NCBI RefSeq assembly: GCF_016783915.1
Contig: NZ_JADHVT010000005.1
Span: 8,315-72,314 of the forward strand
DNA length: 64,000 bases
Reading direction: 5' to 3'
Source: Acidovorax sp.
GTDB taxonomy: Bacteria; Pseudomonadota; Gammaproteobacteria; Burkholderiales; Burkholderiaceae_C
Part shown: positions 42,015 through 51,317 of the stretch, in pieces
Layout: the number at the start of each line of letters is the position of its first letter
Numbering within the stretch: position 1 is the stretch's first letter
Position numbers and translations under genes: made by a program
Notes under the pieces: model-generated
Told to the model about the DNA's origin: nothing
Seen by the model: only the letters and a program-made list of their open reading frames with translations
Databases searched by the model: none

Positions 42015-43166
42015 TCACAATGCCGCATACACCAGCGCCGGGTACAGCTCGCACAGATACCGCAGCTGGCCGGGCGCCTGGGTGAGCAGGATCGCGAACA
42101 GGTCTTCCGCAGGGTCCACAAAAAAGAAGGTGCCGCCCAGGCCGCTCCAGCTGTAGTGCCCGGCTGATCCCGGGCGGGTGGCCTGGCCGGTAGCGGTGCG
42201 CACGGCCACACCCAGGCCAAAGCCGTAGCCGGTGGGCAGGATGTCGCCAGCCACAGGCAGGCTGCCCAGGTGGTCAGCGGTCATGAAGTCCACGGTGGCG
42301 CGGCCCAGCAGGCGCACGGGGCCGTCGGGCCCGGGGGCGGTGCCCCGGCCCAGCATGAGCTGCAGAAAGCGCGCGTAGTCGCTGGCGGTGGAGACTAGGC
42401 CGCCACCGGCCGACTCGAACACGGGCGGGGCGGTCACGTCGATCAGCGGCATGCCGAGCCCGGTCTGCGGGTCGCGCTCAAAGGCTTCGGCCAGGCGGTG
42501 CTGCTGCGCTGCGGGCACCGCGAAGCCGGTGTCGTGCATGCCCAGAGGGCCGAACACGCGGCGCTGCAGGATGGCGCCCAGGCTCTCGCCCTCGATCACC
42601 TCCAGCACCGCGCCCAGCACGTCGGTGGCGCGGCTGTATTCCCAGCGGGTGCCGGGCTGGTGGACCAGGGGCAGTGGGCCCAGTGCAGCGACCAGATCAG
42701 CATTGCTGTGGCGGCGCGAGCCGACGCGCGCGGCGCGATAGGCGTCGGGCACGGTGCCAGCCTCCCATGCGTAGCTCAGGCCGGCGGTGTGGCGCAGCAG
42801 GTCGTGCACCGTGGCCTCGCGCTGCACGGGGACGGTGGTGCCGGTGGCCTCGTCGTATACGTGCTGGCCCGCAAACGCGGGCAGGTAGTGCGCCACGGGA
42901 TGCGAAAGCAGCAGGCGGCCTTCTTCCATGAGCATCATCGCCACCAGCGAGGCGATGGGCTTGGTCATGGAGTAGATGCGAAACACCGTGTCGGGCGCCA
43001 TGGTGGGCGTGGCAGATCCTGCGGTGGGTGGGCGCTGGTGGCCCACGGCCGTGTGCAGCACGGTGTGGCCCTGGTGGTGGACGAGGGCCACGGCACCGGG
43101 CAGCAGGCCCCGGTCCACATGGGTTTGCAGTACGGAGCGCAGGCGCGCGAGGGCGGTGGGGTTCAT
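42015..43166 (-). CDS. Serine hydrolase, beta-lactamase/esterase family
   Basis: YSMTK (SxxK), LLRHTAGL and WEYS motifs; no signal peptide. Confidence 0.9.
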   Translation of the reverse strand: MNPTALARLRSVLQTHVDRGLLPGAVALVHHQGHTVLHTAVGHQRPPTAGSATPTMAPDTVFRIYSMTKPIASLVAMMLMEEGRLLLSHPVAHYLPAFAGQHVYDEATGTTVPVQREATVHDLLRHTAGLSYAWEAGTVPDAYRAARVGSRRHSNADLVAALGPLPLVHQPGTRWEYSRATDVLGAVLEVIEGESLGAILQRRVFGPLGMHDTGFAVPAAQQHRLAEAFERDPQTGLGMPLIDVTAPPVFESAGGGLVSTASDYARFLQLMLGRGTAPGPDGPVRLLGRATVDFMTADHLGSLPVAGDILPTGYGFGLGVAVRTATGQATRPGSAGHYSWSGLGGTFFFVDPAEDLFAILLTQAPGQLRYLCELYPALVYAAL

Positions 43167-43185
43167 GGTGGCTGGAAGTGTGTTT

Positions 43186-43247
43186 TGAGGTGAATCTGGC
43201 CGATAGCGCTAGTGGATATTGCGCTAGTAGCTATCAAAAACAGAGCG
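43186..43247. repeat. ~62-bp palindromic repeat, intergenic copy
   Basis: TGAGGTGAATCTGGCCGATAGCGCTAGTGGATATTGCGCTAGTAGCTATCAAAAACAGAGC. Confidence 0.8.
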
Positions 43248-43273
43248 TATATCGCAAACCTTTTGTGGTTGTC

Positions 43274-44974
43274 TCAGGACGCCGCGGCAGCGGCGCGGCT
43301 GCGCTCCTGCTCCTGCAGCTCACGCCACTGCACCTTGCCCGTGCCGGATTTGGGCAGGCTGTCCACCAGCTGCACGATGCGCGGGCTTTTGTAGGCGGCC
43401 ATGTGTTCGTGGCTCCAGTCGATGATGGCCTGCTCGCCCACCTGGCCCTTGAAGGCGTCGCGCAGCACGACCAGCGCCTTCACCGTCTCTCCCCGGCGTT
43501 CGTCGTGCGCGGCGATCACGCACACCTCCTGGATGGCGGGGTGGGCGTACATCATGGCCTCCACCTCGGCGGGCCAGACCTTGAAGCCCGACGCATTGAT
43601 CATGCGCTTCAAGCGGTCCACCATGAAGAAGTAGCCGTCATCGTCCACCTGTGCCAGGTCGCCGGTGCGCAGAAATCGCTTGCCGTCCAGCATCACAAAG
43701 CTGTCGGCCGAGGCCTGCGGGTTGTTCCAGTAGCCCAGCATGACCTGCGGGCCGTGCACCACGATCTCGCCAATCTCACCCGGCGGCAGTTCGGCAAAGG
43801 TGGCAGGGTCCACCACGCGGGAGTCCACGTCGAACACCGGGATGCCCAGGCACTGTGGCTTGGGCCGGTGCGGCGGGTTGATGTGCGTGGCGGCCATGGT
43901 TTCGGACATGCCATAGCCTTCCACGTAGTCCAGCCCGGTCAGGTCCTTCAGCTGCTGCGCCACGGCCTTGGGCATGGCCGCGCCGCCGCCCCGGATGGCC
44001 TGCAGGCTGCTGATGTCGTAATCGGCGATGCACGGGTTGGCCAGAAAGTCCACCACCATGGTCGAGATGGCCTGCCAGATGGTCACCCGGTAGCGCTGGA
44101 TGAGCTGGGCGGCCGCGTCGCGGTCCCAGCGCGGCAGCACGACCACGGTGGCGCCCACAAACAGCGGCCCGTTCATGCTGCCCGACATGCCGGTGACGTG
44201 GAACAGCGGCAGCACGGCGAGGTAGGTGGCGTCTTGCGTGCGCGAAAACCACTGCACACCGCCCACCAGCGTGCTCATGGCGCTGCGGTGGGTGTGCATG
44301 CAGCCCTTGGGGTGGCCGGTAGTGCCCGAGGTGTAGGGCATCACGCACAGGTCGTCGGGCCCGGTGGTGATGGGGCCGGGGGCGCGCTGCTGCGCCAGCA
44401 TGTCGCTCCACAGCGTGACGCCCGGGGCATCGATGGCCTGGCGCGGGGCGCGGACAAAGGCGGGCACGGGCAGGTCGGTGGGCACCTGCAGGTAGTCGCT
44501 GTAGGCGGCCACGATGAGGTGCTGGAGCTTGCCCTCACCACATTCACCTCCTGCCGCATCCACCAGTGGTTGCGCCTGGGCATGCAGGTCCTGCGGCACA
44601 AAGGCCACGGTGGCACCGCTGTCGTGCACGTAGTGGCGCAGCTCGTCAGTGAGGTTCATCGGGTTCACCGGCACTACCACCGCATTGGCGCGCAGGATGC
44701 CGTAGAACGCCAGAATCCACTGCGGGCTGTTCTGCATGTACAGCAGCACGCGGTCGCCCGCCTTCACGCCACACACCTGCTGCAAAAAGCCCGCAATCTG
44801 CTTGACCTGCTCCTGGAACTGCCGAAAGGTCACCAGCGTGTCGTAGAACACCAGAAAGGGCTTGTCCGGGTAACGCGCGGCCGACACCTCGGCGTTGTGG
44901 AACAGATGGGTCTGTGGCAGCGTGAGGTGGCGCGACAGGCCGGGCGGCCAATGGGCGAGGTGGCGGTCGGACAT
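43274..44974 (-). CDS. Long-chain fatty acid--CoA ligase
   Basis: YTSGTTGHPKG, EGYGMSET, RTGDL and DRLKRMINASG. Confidence 0.92.
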   Translation of the reverse strand: MSDRHLAHWPPGLSRHLTLPQTHLFHNAEVSAARYPDKPFLVFYDTLVTFRQFQEQVKQIAGFLQQVCGVKAGDRVLLYMQNSPQWILAFYGILRANAVVVPVNPMNLTDELRHYVHDSGATVAFVPQDLHAQAQPLVDAAGGECGEGKLQHLIVAAYSDYLQVPTDLPVPAFVRAPRQAIDAPGVTLWSDMLAQQRAPGPITTGPDDLCVMPYTSGTTGHPKGCMHTHRSAMSTLVGGVQWFSRTQDATYLAVLPLFHVTGMSGSMNGPLFVGATVVVLPRWDRDAAAQLIQRYRVTIWQAISTMVVDFLANPCIADYDISSLQAIRGGGAAMPKAVAQQLKDLTGLDYVEGYGMSETMAATHINPPHRPKPQCLGIPVFDVDSRVVDPATFAELPPGEIGEIVVHGPQVMLGYWNNPQASADSFVMLDGKRFLRTGDLAQVDDDGYFFMVDRLKRMINASGFKVWPAEVEAMMYAHPAIQEVCVIAAHDERRGETVKALVVLRDAFKGQVGEQAIIDWSHEHMAAYKSPRIVQLVDSLPKSGTGKVQWRELQEQERSRAAAAAS

Positions 44975-45044
44975 GGGGGGTGTTGCCAGTTTTATGCGTT
45001 TATGCGTCTAAGGCGCAAGCTGTGCAAGATAGGGCGCGCCCCAG

Positions 45045-45152
45045 GCCAGGGACGCCGAGCAAGGGCCGCCCCGCAGCGAGGGCGTCGTCCCCCTGCCCGC
45101 AAGCGAAGCGCTGCGAGAGCGGGGGGAAGCCGCGCAGCGGCTCAGGGGGGGG
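45045..45152. repeat. ~100-bp GC-rich structured repeat, copy 2
   Basis: About 49 bp identical to copy 1, same orientation, abutting the SDR stop codon. Confidence 0.9.
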
Positions 45153-45153
45153 C

Positions 45154-45927
45154 TCAAATCAAACTCGCCCCACCATCCACCACGATGCTTTCACCCGTGA
45201 TGTGCCGCGAGGCGTTGGACGCCAAAAACACCACCGCGCCCTTGAGGTCCTCTTCGCCGCCAATGCGGCGCAGGGGCGTGCGCTCGATCATCGCAGGGCC
45301 CAGTTTTTCGATCAGGCCGCTGGCCATCTTGCTCGGGAAGAAGCCGGGGCAGATGGCATTGACGCGAATGCCGTAGTGCCCCCATTCGGACGCCAGCGTG
45401 CGCGCAAAGTGCAGGGCGGCGGCCTTGGAGGTGTTGTAGGCAATCGTGTTCATGCCGGGGGGCGTGCCCTTGAGCGCGGCCACCGAAGCCGTGACGATGA
45501 TCGAGCCCTTGCCGCGCGGGATCATGCAGCGCTTGCCCACTTCGCGCGACAGGAAGAACGGCGCGCTCACGTTCAGGTCCATCACCTTGTGCCAGGCGGC
45601 GTCGGGGTAGTCCTCGGCCTTGGCGCCCCAGGTGGCACCCGCGTTGTTGACCAGGATGTCGATGGTGCCAAAGCGCTCGACCACCTGGTCCACCAGGCCG
45701 GGGATGTCCTCGGTCTTTTGCAGGTCGTTCACCACGGTCAGCACCTCGTAGCCGAGGCCTTCCAGATGCTTTTTGGCTTCGGCCAGTTCGTCGGCCTTGC
45801 GTGCGGTGATGGCGAGTTTGGCGCCCATCTCGCCCAGGGCTTCGGCCATCTGCAGGCCCAGGCCGCGCGAGCCGCCAGTGACCAGGGCGACCTGGCCGGT
45901 GAGATCGAAGAGTTGCTTGACGCTCAT
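45154..45927 (-). CDS. Short-chain dehydrogenase/reductase
   Basis: TGGSRGLG, NNAG and YNTSK motifs. Confidence 0.92.
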   Translation of the reverse strand: MSVKQLFDLTGQVALVTGGSRGLGLQMAEALGEMGAKLAITARKADELAEAKKHLEGLGYEVLTVVNDLQKTEDIPGLVDQVVERFGTIDILVNNAGATWGAKAEDYPDAAWHKVMDLNVSAPFFLSREVGKRCMIPRGKGSIIVTASVAALKGTPPGMNTIAYNTSKAAALHFARTLASEWGHYGIRVNAICPGFFPSKMASGLIEKLGPAMIERTPLRRIGGEEDLKGAVVFLASNASRHITGESIVVDGGASLI

Positions 45928-46231
45928 GGAAAAAACGCTTTCGTGCAGAGAGGGGTGAAGGTGAATGAATGCCAAGACCGGCCCGACGGCTTGTGGCTCG
46001 CAGAGTGGGTGAGGAGGTGCGGCTGGGGCGGCGGTGGCCGCTGTGTCAATGGCGGTCGAGTCAACCGACTGCGCCCCATGCTAGCCCTGCCCAGGCACCG
46101 TGTAAAACCGGTGCTGTCACCTTTGAAACTCTGTGCGCTGCGCCCGGCACGCTGCGTGTGGGACAGCGCCTACCCCGCCTCGCGGCTGCGGCGGATGGAT
46201 GGGGCTGCCGCCAGGCCTTACGCTCGCGGGG

Positions 46232-47230
46232 ATGACCGCGCCCCCTCCGTCCCTGATGGCGACTTCGCTTGCCCGCATCGCCCAGCCCCTGTTGCCGCTC
46301 TGGCGCCTGGTGCAGCCGTTCTGGCGCGCCGCGCAGATGTGGCTGGACGCCGATGGGCTGCGCATGAGCGCGGCCATGTCGTTCTACGGCATGCTCAGCC
46401 TGGCGCCCCTGCTGCTGCTGTTGGTGGGCGTGCTGGGCTGGTGGGTGGACCGCAGCTACCTGGAGAGCAGCCTGGTCGCCCAGGTGCAGTCGGTGATGGG
46501 CCAGCAGGTGGCCGATGTGGTGCGCCAGGCCATGGCCAGCGCCCAGGCGCCGTCCGAGGGGCGGCTGGCATCGGCCATCGGGTTTGTGGTGCTGGTCTCG
46601 GGCGCCACCGGGGTGTTTGTGGAGCTGCAGTCCGCGCTGGAGCGGCTGTGGCGCCGGGATGGCTACACACCGCCCCAGCGGGCCGCGTGGTGGCGCATGG
46701 CGTCGCTGCGGCTGCGGGGGCTGGCCTATGTGCTGGCGCTGGGCTTTTTGCTCATGGTGTCGCTGGCGTTGTCCACACTGATCCACCTGCTGGCGGGCTG
46801 GGCTGGAGAGCGGCTGACCATGGCCCACCTGCCCACCCTGGCGCCCCTGGCACCGCTGCTGCAGGTCGTCAACGAAGCCATTGCCTTCGGGTTTGCGGTG
46901 GCCCTGTTTGTGGGGCTCATGCGCATCGGCGCGGGCCCCAAACCGTCGCTGCGTTACCTGGTGATGGGCGCCGTGGTGGGGGCCACGCTGTTCACGGTGG
47001 GCAAGCAGCTGCTGGCCTGGTACCTGTCCACGGCAGCCGTGGTGTCGGCCTATGGGGCGGCGGGCTCGCTGGTGGTGTTGCTCATGTGGATCTATTTTTC
47101 ATCGGCCATCCTGCTCTTTTCTGCCAGCTGCGCCCAGGCGCTGGAGGATGCCCTGCACTCCGGCCCCCGCCGCCCACCGGCCTGGGCACGGTGGAGGGCA
47201 TTGGCCCGCGCACGGGTGCAGGAGCTGTAA
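46232..47230 (+). CDS. YihY/virulence factor BrkB family membrane protein
   Basis: AAMSFYGMLSLAP, TGVFVELQSAL and YGAAGSLVVLLMWIY. Confidence 0.9.
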   Translation: MTAPPPSLMATSLARIAQPLLPLWRLVQPFWRAAQMWLDADGLRMSAAMSFYGMLSLAPLLLLLVGVLGWWVDRSYLESSLVAQVQSVMGQQVADVVRQAMASAQAPSEGRLASAIGFVVLVSGATGVFVELQSALERLWRRDGYTPPQRAAWWRMASLRLRGLAYVLALGFLLMVSLALSTLIHLLAGWAGERLTMAHLPTLAPLAPLLQVVNEAIAFGFAVALFVGLMRIGAGPKPSLRYLVMGAVVGATLFTVGKQLLAWYLSTAAVVSAYGAAGSLVVLLMWIYFSSAILLFSASCAQALEDALHSGPRRPPAWARWRALARARVQEL

Positions 47231-47542
47231 ATGTTGGCAACAGCATGCAGCAAGCGGGCGCCGGCGCGGCGCCCTGGTCCTGCAGGCCGTCATGGTCGCG
47301 CTCATTGCGCTGCCGGGCTGCGCGGGCAGCGCCCGCACCCTTGGCCTGAGGCGGCAAGCGCCAGCCAAAGAGGTTTACCGCTGCTTACGGCCACTTACAA
47401 ACCGGCCACACCTCAGCGCCTGCCGCTGTGTACCTTTGCACCATCCAGGCCGTTGGAACACTACGGCCCCATTCCGTAGCGGGCGCACAGCGCTTTTTCT
47501 ACACGCCTACCCCCTGCGGACTCCTCTGACCTGAACAAGGAA

Positions 47543-48346
47543 ATGACCATGAACCTGACGGTTTCTTCTCCCAACCCGCCTGCTTCTGTACCTGCTGCAG
47601 CCCCTGCGGGCCCGGCCCTGAAATGGATGTGGGCGGCCATTGGCGCGCTGGGCGTGAGCGTGTTGGCCTTGGGTGCCACCCTGGTGATGCAAAACCGCAC
47701 GCCCTCGGCAGCCGATGCTGCAGCCCCCGCCACCCTGGCGGCGGCCCCCCGCACGCCCGAATCCGAGATCATTGAAGAAAAACGGGCCCAAGCGCCGGTT
47801 AAGCTTGCCCAGAGTGCTATGAATAGCGGAGCAAACTACCGTCCACAGACCGGCGGCAGCGCAGGCCGGTCCGGCGACATGGCGGGTGGCATGGCCCCCG
47901 GGGGCGCTGCCCAGCCCGTGCGTTCTGCAGCGCCCGTGTGCCGCAGCTGTGGTCGCGTCGAGTCGGTGCAGGCCGTTCAACAAGCCGCCCCCGCCACAGG
48001 CGTGGGGGCCGTGGCCGGTGGTGTGCTGGGCGCCGTGGTGGGCAACCAGATCGGCAAGGGCAGCGGCCGCACCGCTGCCACCGTGCTAGGTGCCGTGGGC
48101 GGTGGTTATGTGGGCCACAAGGTCGAAGAGCGCACCCGCACCCACACGGTGTACCAGGTGGCGGTGCGCATGGAAGATGGCTCGCTGCGCCACTTCCAGC
48201 GCACCGAACCCACTGCTGTGGGCACGCCCGTGGTATTGCAAGGCAAGGGCTTCCGCGTGGACCAGGGCGGCTCGGCCCGCGCTGCAGACCCCTATGCGCA
48301 GCCACAGCCCCAGCCGGGTGCGGTGCGGGTGTCGGACACCTACTGA
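47543..48346 (+). CDS. Glycine-zipper 2TM domain protein
   Basis: GAVAGGVLGAVVGNQIGKGSGR ... GAVGGGYVG, plus C-terminal YQVAVRMEDG. Confidence 0.88.
   Translation: MTMNLTVSSPNPPASVPAAAPAGPALKWMWAAIGALGVSVLALGATLVMQNRTPSAADAAAPATLAAAPRTPESEIIEEKRAQAPVKLAQSAMNSGANYRPQTGGSAGRSGDMAGGMAPGGAAQPVRSAAPVCRSCGRVESVQAVQQAAPATGVGAVAGGVLGAVVGNQIGKGSGRTAATVLGAVGGGYVGHKVEERTRTHTVYQVAVRMEDGSLRHFQRTEPTAVGTPVVLQGKGFRVDQGGSARAADPYAQPQPQPGAVRVSDTY
47773..47833. repeat. ~62-bp repeat, degenerate copy embedded in the glycine-zipper gene
   Basis: TGAAGAAAAACGGGCCCAAGCGCC ... GTGCTATGAATAGCGGAGCA, an AT-rich patch matching both repeat ends. Confidence 0.55.
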
Positions 48347-48366
48347 ACCAGTCGGTCGCTTCCCCC

Positions 48367-48398
48367 AAACAAAAGCCCGATAACGCGGGCTTTTGTTT
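48367..48398. terminator. Bidirectional intrinsic terminator
   Basis: AAACAAAAGCCCG-ATAACG-CGGGCTTTTGTTT. Confidence 0.85.
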
Positions 48399-48428
48399 TG
48401 TCCAGCCGATGGCTGACTGGCGGGTGGG

Positions 48429-49616
48429 TTACAGCACCACCGGGATCTCGGTCGCAGGCGGCGTGTTGCGGCTACGCCCACAGCGCACCAGGCCGTCGAT
48501 CATCACCATGCCGATGCCAGGGATGTCGCCGAGCTGCACGCTCTCCAACAGCGTGGTGCCGGCGGTGTGCTGGGCACGGTCCATGAAGACGAAGTCGGCC
48601 GCGCGGCCGACCTCGATCAGGCCGCAGTTCAGGTTGCGGATGCGCGCCGTGTTGCCCGTGGCAAAGCAGAACACCAGCTCGGCAGGAATGTCGGCAAAGC
48701 TCGATATCAGCGCAATCATGCGCAGCATGCCCAGTGGCTGCACGCCCGAGCCGGCCGGGCCGTCGGTGCCCAGGATCACGCGGTGTGGGCACTTGAGTTC
48801 GATGGCCGCCCGCGCGGCCTGGATGGCAATCTTCTCGTTGCCGTTGTGCACCAGTTCGATGGCGCGGGACGACTTCTCGCACAGCTCGCACACATGCTTC
48901 CAGGGCAGCGAGGTGTGGCCGCCGTTGATGTGGCCGATCACGTCGGCATCGGCCTCCAGCACCACGTCCTTGTCGATCAGGCCCGATCCCGGGATGGACG
49001 GGCCGCCCGTGTGGATGGTGCTTTGGATGCCGTGCTTGCGCGCCCACGCCACCATTTGCTGGGCCTCGTAGCCCGCCTTGACGGAGCCCAGGCCCACTTC
49101 GCCCAGCAGCGTCACGCCGGCGTCGGCCAGGTCCTTGAAGTCCTGCTCGGTCATGCCTTTCTCGATGACCGGGGCACCTGCAATCACCTTCACGCCACCG
49201 GGGCGGAAGTTGTCGAACGAGCGCTGCGCGGTGATGGCCAGCGCCTTCAGGCCCACGATGTCCTTGGGGCGGCCGGGCAGGTGCACTTCACCGGCCGAGA
49301 CCATGGTGGTCACGCCGCCGTTCATGGTCGAGTCGATCCAGCCGATCTGGTTCTGGCGCGGCGTCCAGTCGCCGAACACAGGGTGCACGTGGCTGTCGAT
49401 CAGGCCTGGCGCCACGCAGGTCTGGCGTGCGTCGATCACGGTGTTGGCGTGGTCCGTGTCGCACTCCTTGTAGCGGCCCACGGCCACGATGAGGCCGTCG
49501 TTCACCACGATGGTGTCGGCGTCGAGGATGGGGCGGTCCAGGTCGCCCGACAACAAAAGACCGATGTTCTGGATGACGACCTTGCCCGACTTGCCGCCTG
49601 CTGCTGCTTCTGCCAT
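48429..49616 (-). CDS. ena: Enamidase (amidohydrolase of nicotinate catabolism)
   Basis: Collinear with Eubacterium barkeri enamidase as recalled (I-x-NIG..SGD, PGL-x-D-x-HVH, PGRPKD, GEVGLG, HTGG-x-SIPGS, HINGG, SRNTPPA); nicotinate gene context. Confidence 0.85.
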   Translation of the reverse strand: MAEAAAGGKSGKVVIQNIGLLLSGDLDRPILDADTIVVNDGLIVAVGRYKECDTDHANTVIDARQTCVAPGLIDSHVHPVFGDWTPRQNQIGWIDSTMNGGVTTMVSAGEVHLPGRPKDIVGLKALAITAQRSFDNFRPGGVKVIAGAPVIEKGMTEQDFKDLADAGVTLLGEVGLGSVKAGYEAQQMVAWARKHGIQSTIHTGGPSIPGSGLIDKDVVLEADADVIGHINGGHTSLPWKHVCELCEKSSRAIELVHNGNEKIAIQAARAAIELKCPHRVILGTDGPAGSGVQPLGMLRMIALISSFADIPAELVFCFATGNTARIRNLNCGLIEVGRAADFVFMDRAQHTAGTTLLESVQLGDIPGIGMVMIDGLVRCGRSRNTPPATEIPVVL

Positions 49617-49707
49617 GGATTCTCCTCGTGGGGTGTGACACAGGTCCCATCGGACCTCGCTAAGAAAAATCGTTATGTCTGTGGGGCTCGTGTGTGGCGA
49701 AGGGCCA

Positions 49708-50424
49708 TCAGACGGTCGCCTTGCCCTTGGGCAGGCTGGGGCCGGGCGCCACGGTGCGCAGCACGCTGTCGATGACGAAGGACTCCCAGTGCGCCAGCGC
49801 ATCGGGCGTCTCCAGGTCTTCGCCCAGAAAGGCCGACAGCGTGTGCCGGTTGGACATGTAGAAGTAGCCCGTGGCGGCAATCAGCAGGTACACATCGCGC
49901 GCTGAAACGTCCTTGCGGAACAGGCCCTGCGCCTGGCCGCTTTCGAGTACGCGGCGGATCACCTCAATGGCGGGCGACGAGTATTCACGGGCGCGCATCG
50001 ACTTGGAGATGTGTTTGCCCTTGTGCAGGTTCTCGGTGTTGAGCAGCGTGATGAACTCGGGGTTCTTGCGGTAGTAGCCCACCACAAAGCGGATCACGGC
50101 CTGCAACGCCTCCACCGGTTGGGTGGTGTCCAGGTCGAGCTTGGATTCCGCATCGTTCATGCGCCGGTAGGTTTCCTCCAGCACCTCGATGAACAGGCCT
50201 TCCTTGCTGCCGAAGTAGTAATAGATCATCCGGTCGAAGGACTTGGCCGCCTTGGAGATCTTCTCCACGCTGCCGCCTTCGTAGCCGTAGCGGGCAAACA
50301 CCTTGGTCGCCGCCTTCAGGATGTTGTCGCGCGTGGTCTGTGCGGCCTGCTCGCGCACGCCCGTCTTGCGGGCCGATGTGGAACGGGTGGACGCGGTCCG
50401 GGTCTTGGTGGGAGTGGCAGACAT
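49708..50424 (-). CDS. TetR-family regulator (probable nicotinate-cluster regulator)
   Basis: HTH SVEKISKAAKSFDRMIYYYFGSKEGL; C-terminal LLNTENLH. Confidence 0.88.
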   Translation of the reverse strand: MSATPTKTRTASTRSTSARKTGVREQAAQTTRDNILKAATKVFARYGYEGGSVEKISKAAKSFDRMIYYYFGSKEGLFIEVLEETYRRMNDAESKLDLDTTQPVEALQAVIRFVVGYYRKNPEFITLLNTENLHKGKHISKSMRAREYSSPAIEVIRRVLESGQAQGLFRKDVSARDVYLLIAATGYFYMSNRHTLSAFLGEDLETPDALAHWESFVIDSVLRTVAPGPSLPKGKATV

Positions 50425-50474
50425 GGCGGGTCCTGGTGGATGACGCTGGCCCTGCAGAGCGGGCCAGCCGGGGA

Positions 50475-51251
50475 TCACTGCTCTGCGAACGCGCGTTCGA
50501 TCACGAAGTCGCCGGGCTTCGTGGTGTTGCCTTCCTTGAAGCCACGCTCTTCCATCATGTGCTTGAGGTCGCGCAGCATTTCGGGGCTGCCGCAGATCAT
50601 CACGCGGTCTTCGGCGGGGTTGAGCGCGGGCAGGCCCAGGTCGCGCGCCATCTGGCCGTTTTCGATCACGGTGGTCACACGGCCCTGGTGCTTGAAGGGC
50701 TCGCGCGTCACGGTGGGGTAGTACTTGAGCTGCTTGGTGACCATCTCGCCCAGGAACTCGTGCTGCGGCAGCTCCTGCGTGATGTAGTCGTGGTAGGCCA
50801 GCTCCTTCACCTCGCGCACGCCGTGCACCAGGATGACTTCCTCGAACTTCTCGTAGGTCTCTGGGTCGCGGATCAGGCTCAGGAACGGGGCCACGCCCGT
50901 GCCGGTGGAGAGCATGTACAGGCGCTTGGCGGGCAGCAGGTAGTCGATCAGCAGGGTGCCTGTGGGCTTCTTGCCGACCACGATGGTGTCGCCCACCTTG
51001 ATGTGCTGCAGGCGCGAGGTCAGCGGGCCGTCGGGCACCTTGATGGAGAGGAACTCCAGATGCTCTTCGTAGTTGGGGCTCACGATGCTGTAGGCGCGCA
51101 GCAGCGGTTTGCCGTTTTCGCCGCGCAGGCCAATCATCGTGAAATGACCGTTGGAGAAGCGCAGCGCGGTGTCGCGCGTGGTGGTGAAGGAGAAAAGGCG
51201 GTCCGTCCAGTGGTGGACCGTCAGTACGCGTTCGTCAAGAAAGGCGCTCAT
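50475..51251 (-). CDS. fpr: Ferredoxin--NADP(+) reductase, bacterial type
   Basis: RAYSIVS, GPLTSRLQ, TGTGVAPF, MICGSP and IERAF. Confidence 0.95.
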   Translation of the reverse strand: MSAFLDERVLTVHHWTDRLFSFTTTRDTALRFSNGHFTMIGLRGENGKPLLRAYSIVSPNYEEHLEFLSIKVPDGPLTSRLQHIKVGDTIVVGKKPTGTLLIDYLLPAKRLYMLSTGTGVAPFLSLIRDPETYEKFEEVILVHGVREVKELAYHDYITQELPQHEFLGEMVTKQLKYYPTVTREPFKHQGRVTTVIENGQMARDLGLPALNPAEDRVMICGSPEMLRDLKHMMEERGFKEGNTTKPGDFVIERAFAEQ

Positions 51252-51317
51252 GGTGCGTTAGATGGAAAAGTTGGAAGCAAATAAGGAATTTGGCTGAAGA
51301 GCAGGGCCACATGCGCT

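Noticed and set aside
41910-45152. Composite transposon or integrated element bounded by the 100-bp repeats
   Set aside because: No transposase or integrase, no target duplication, and the cargo has host-like codon usage. Kept only as a repeat finding.
47231-47540. Unexplained ~300-bp intergenic stretch (also 32500-32760) as ncRNA or small ORF
   Set aside because: No recognisable RNA motif, no convincing RBS with codon bias, and no second copy in the window; it cannot be supported without a search.
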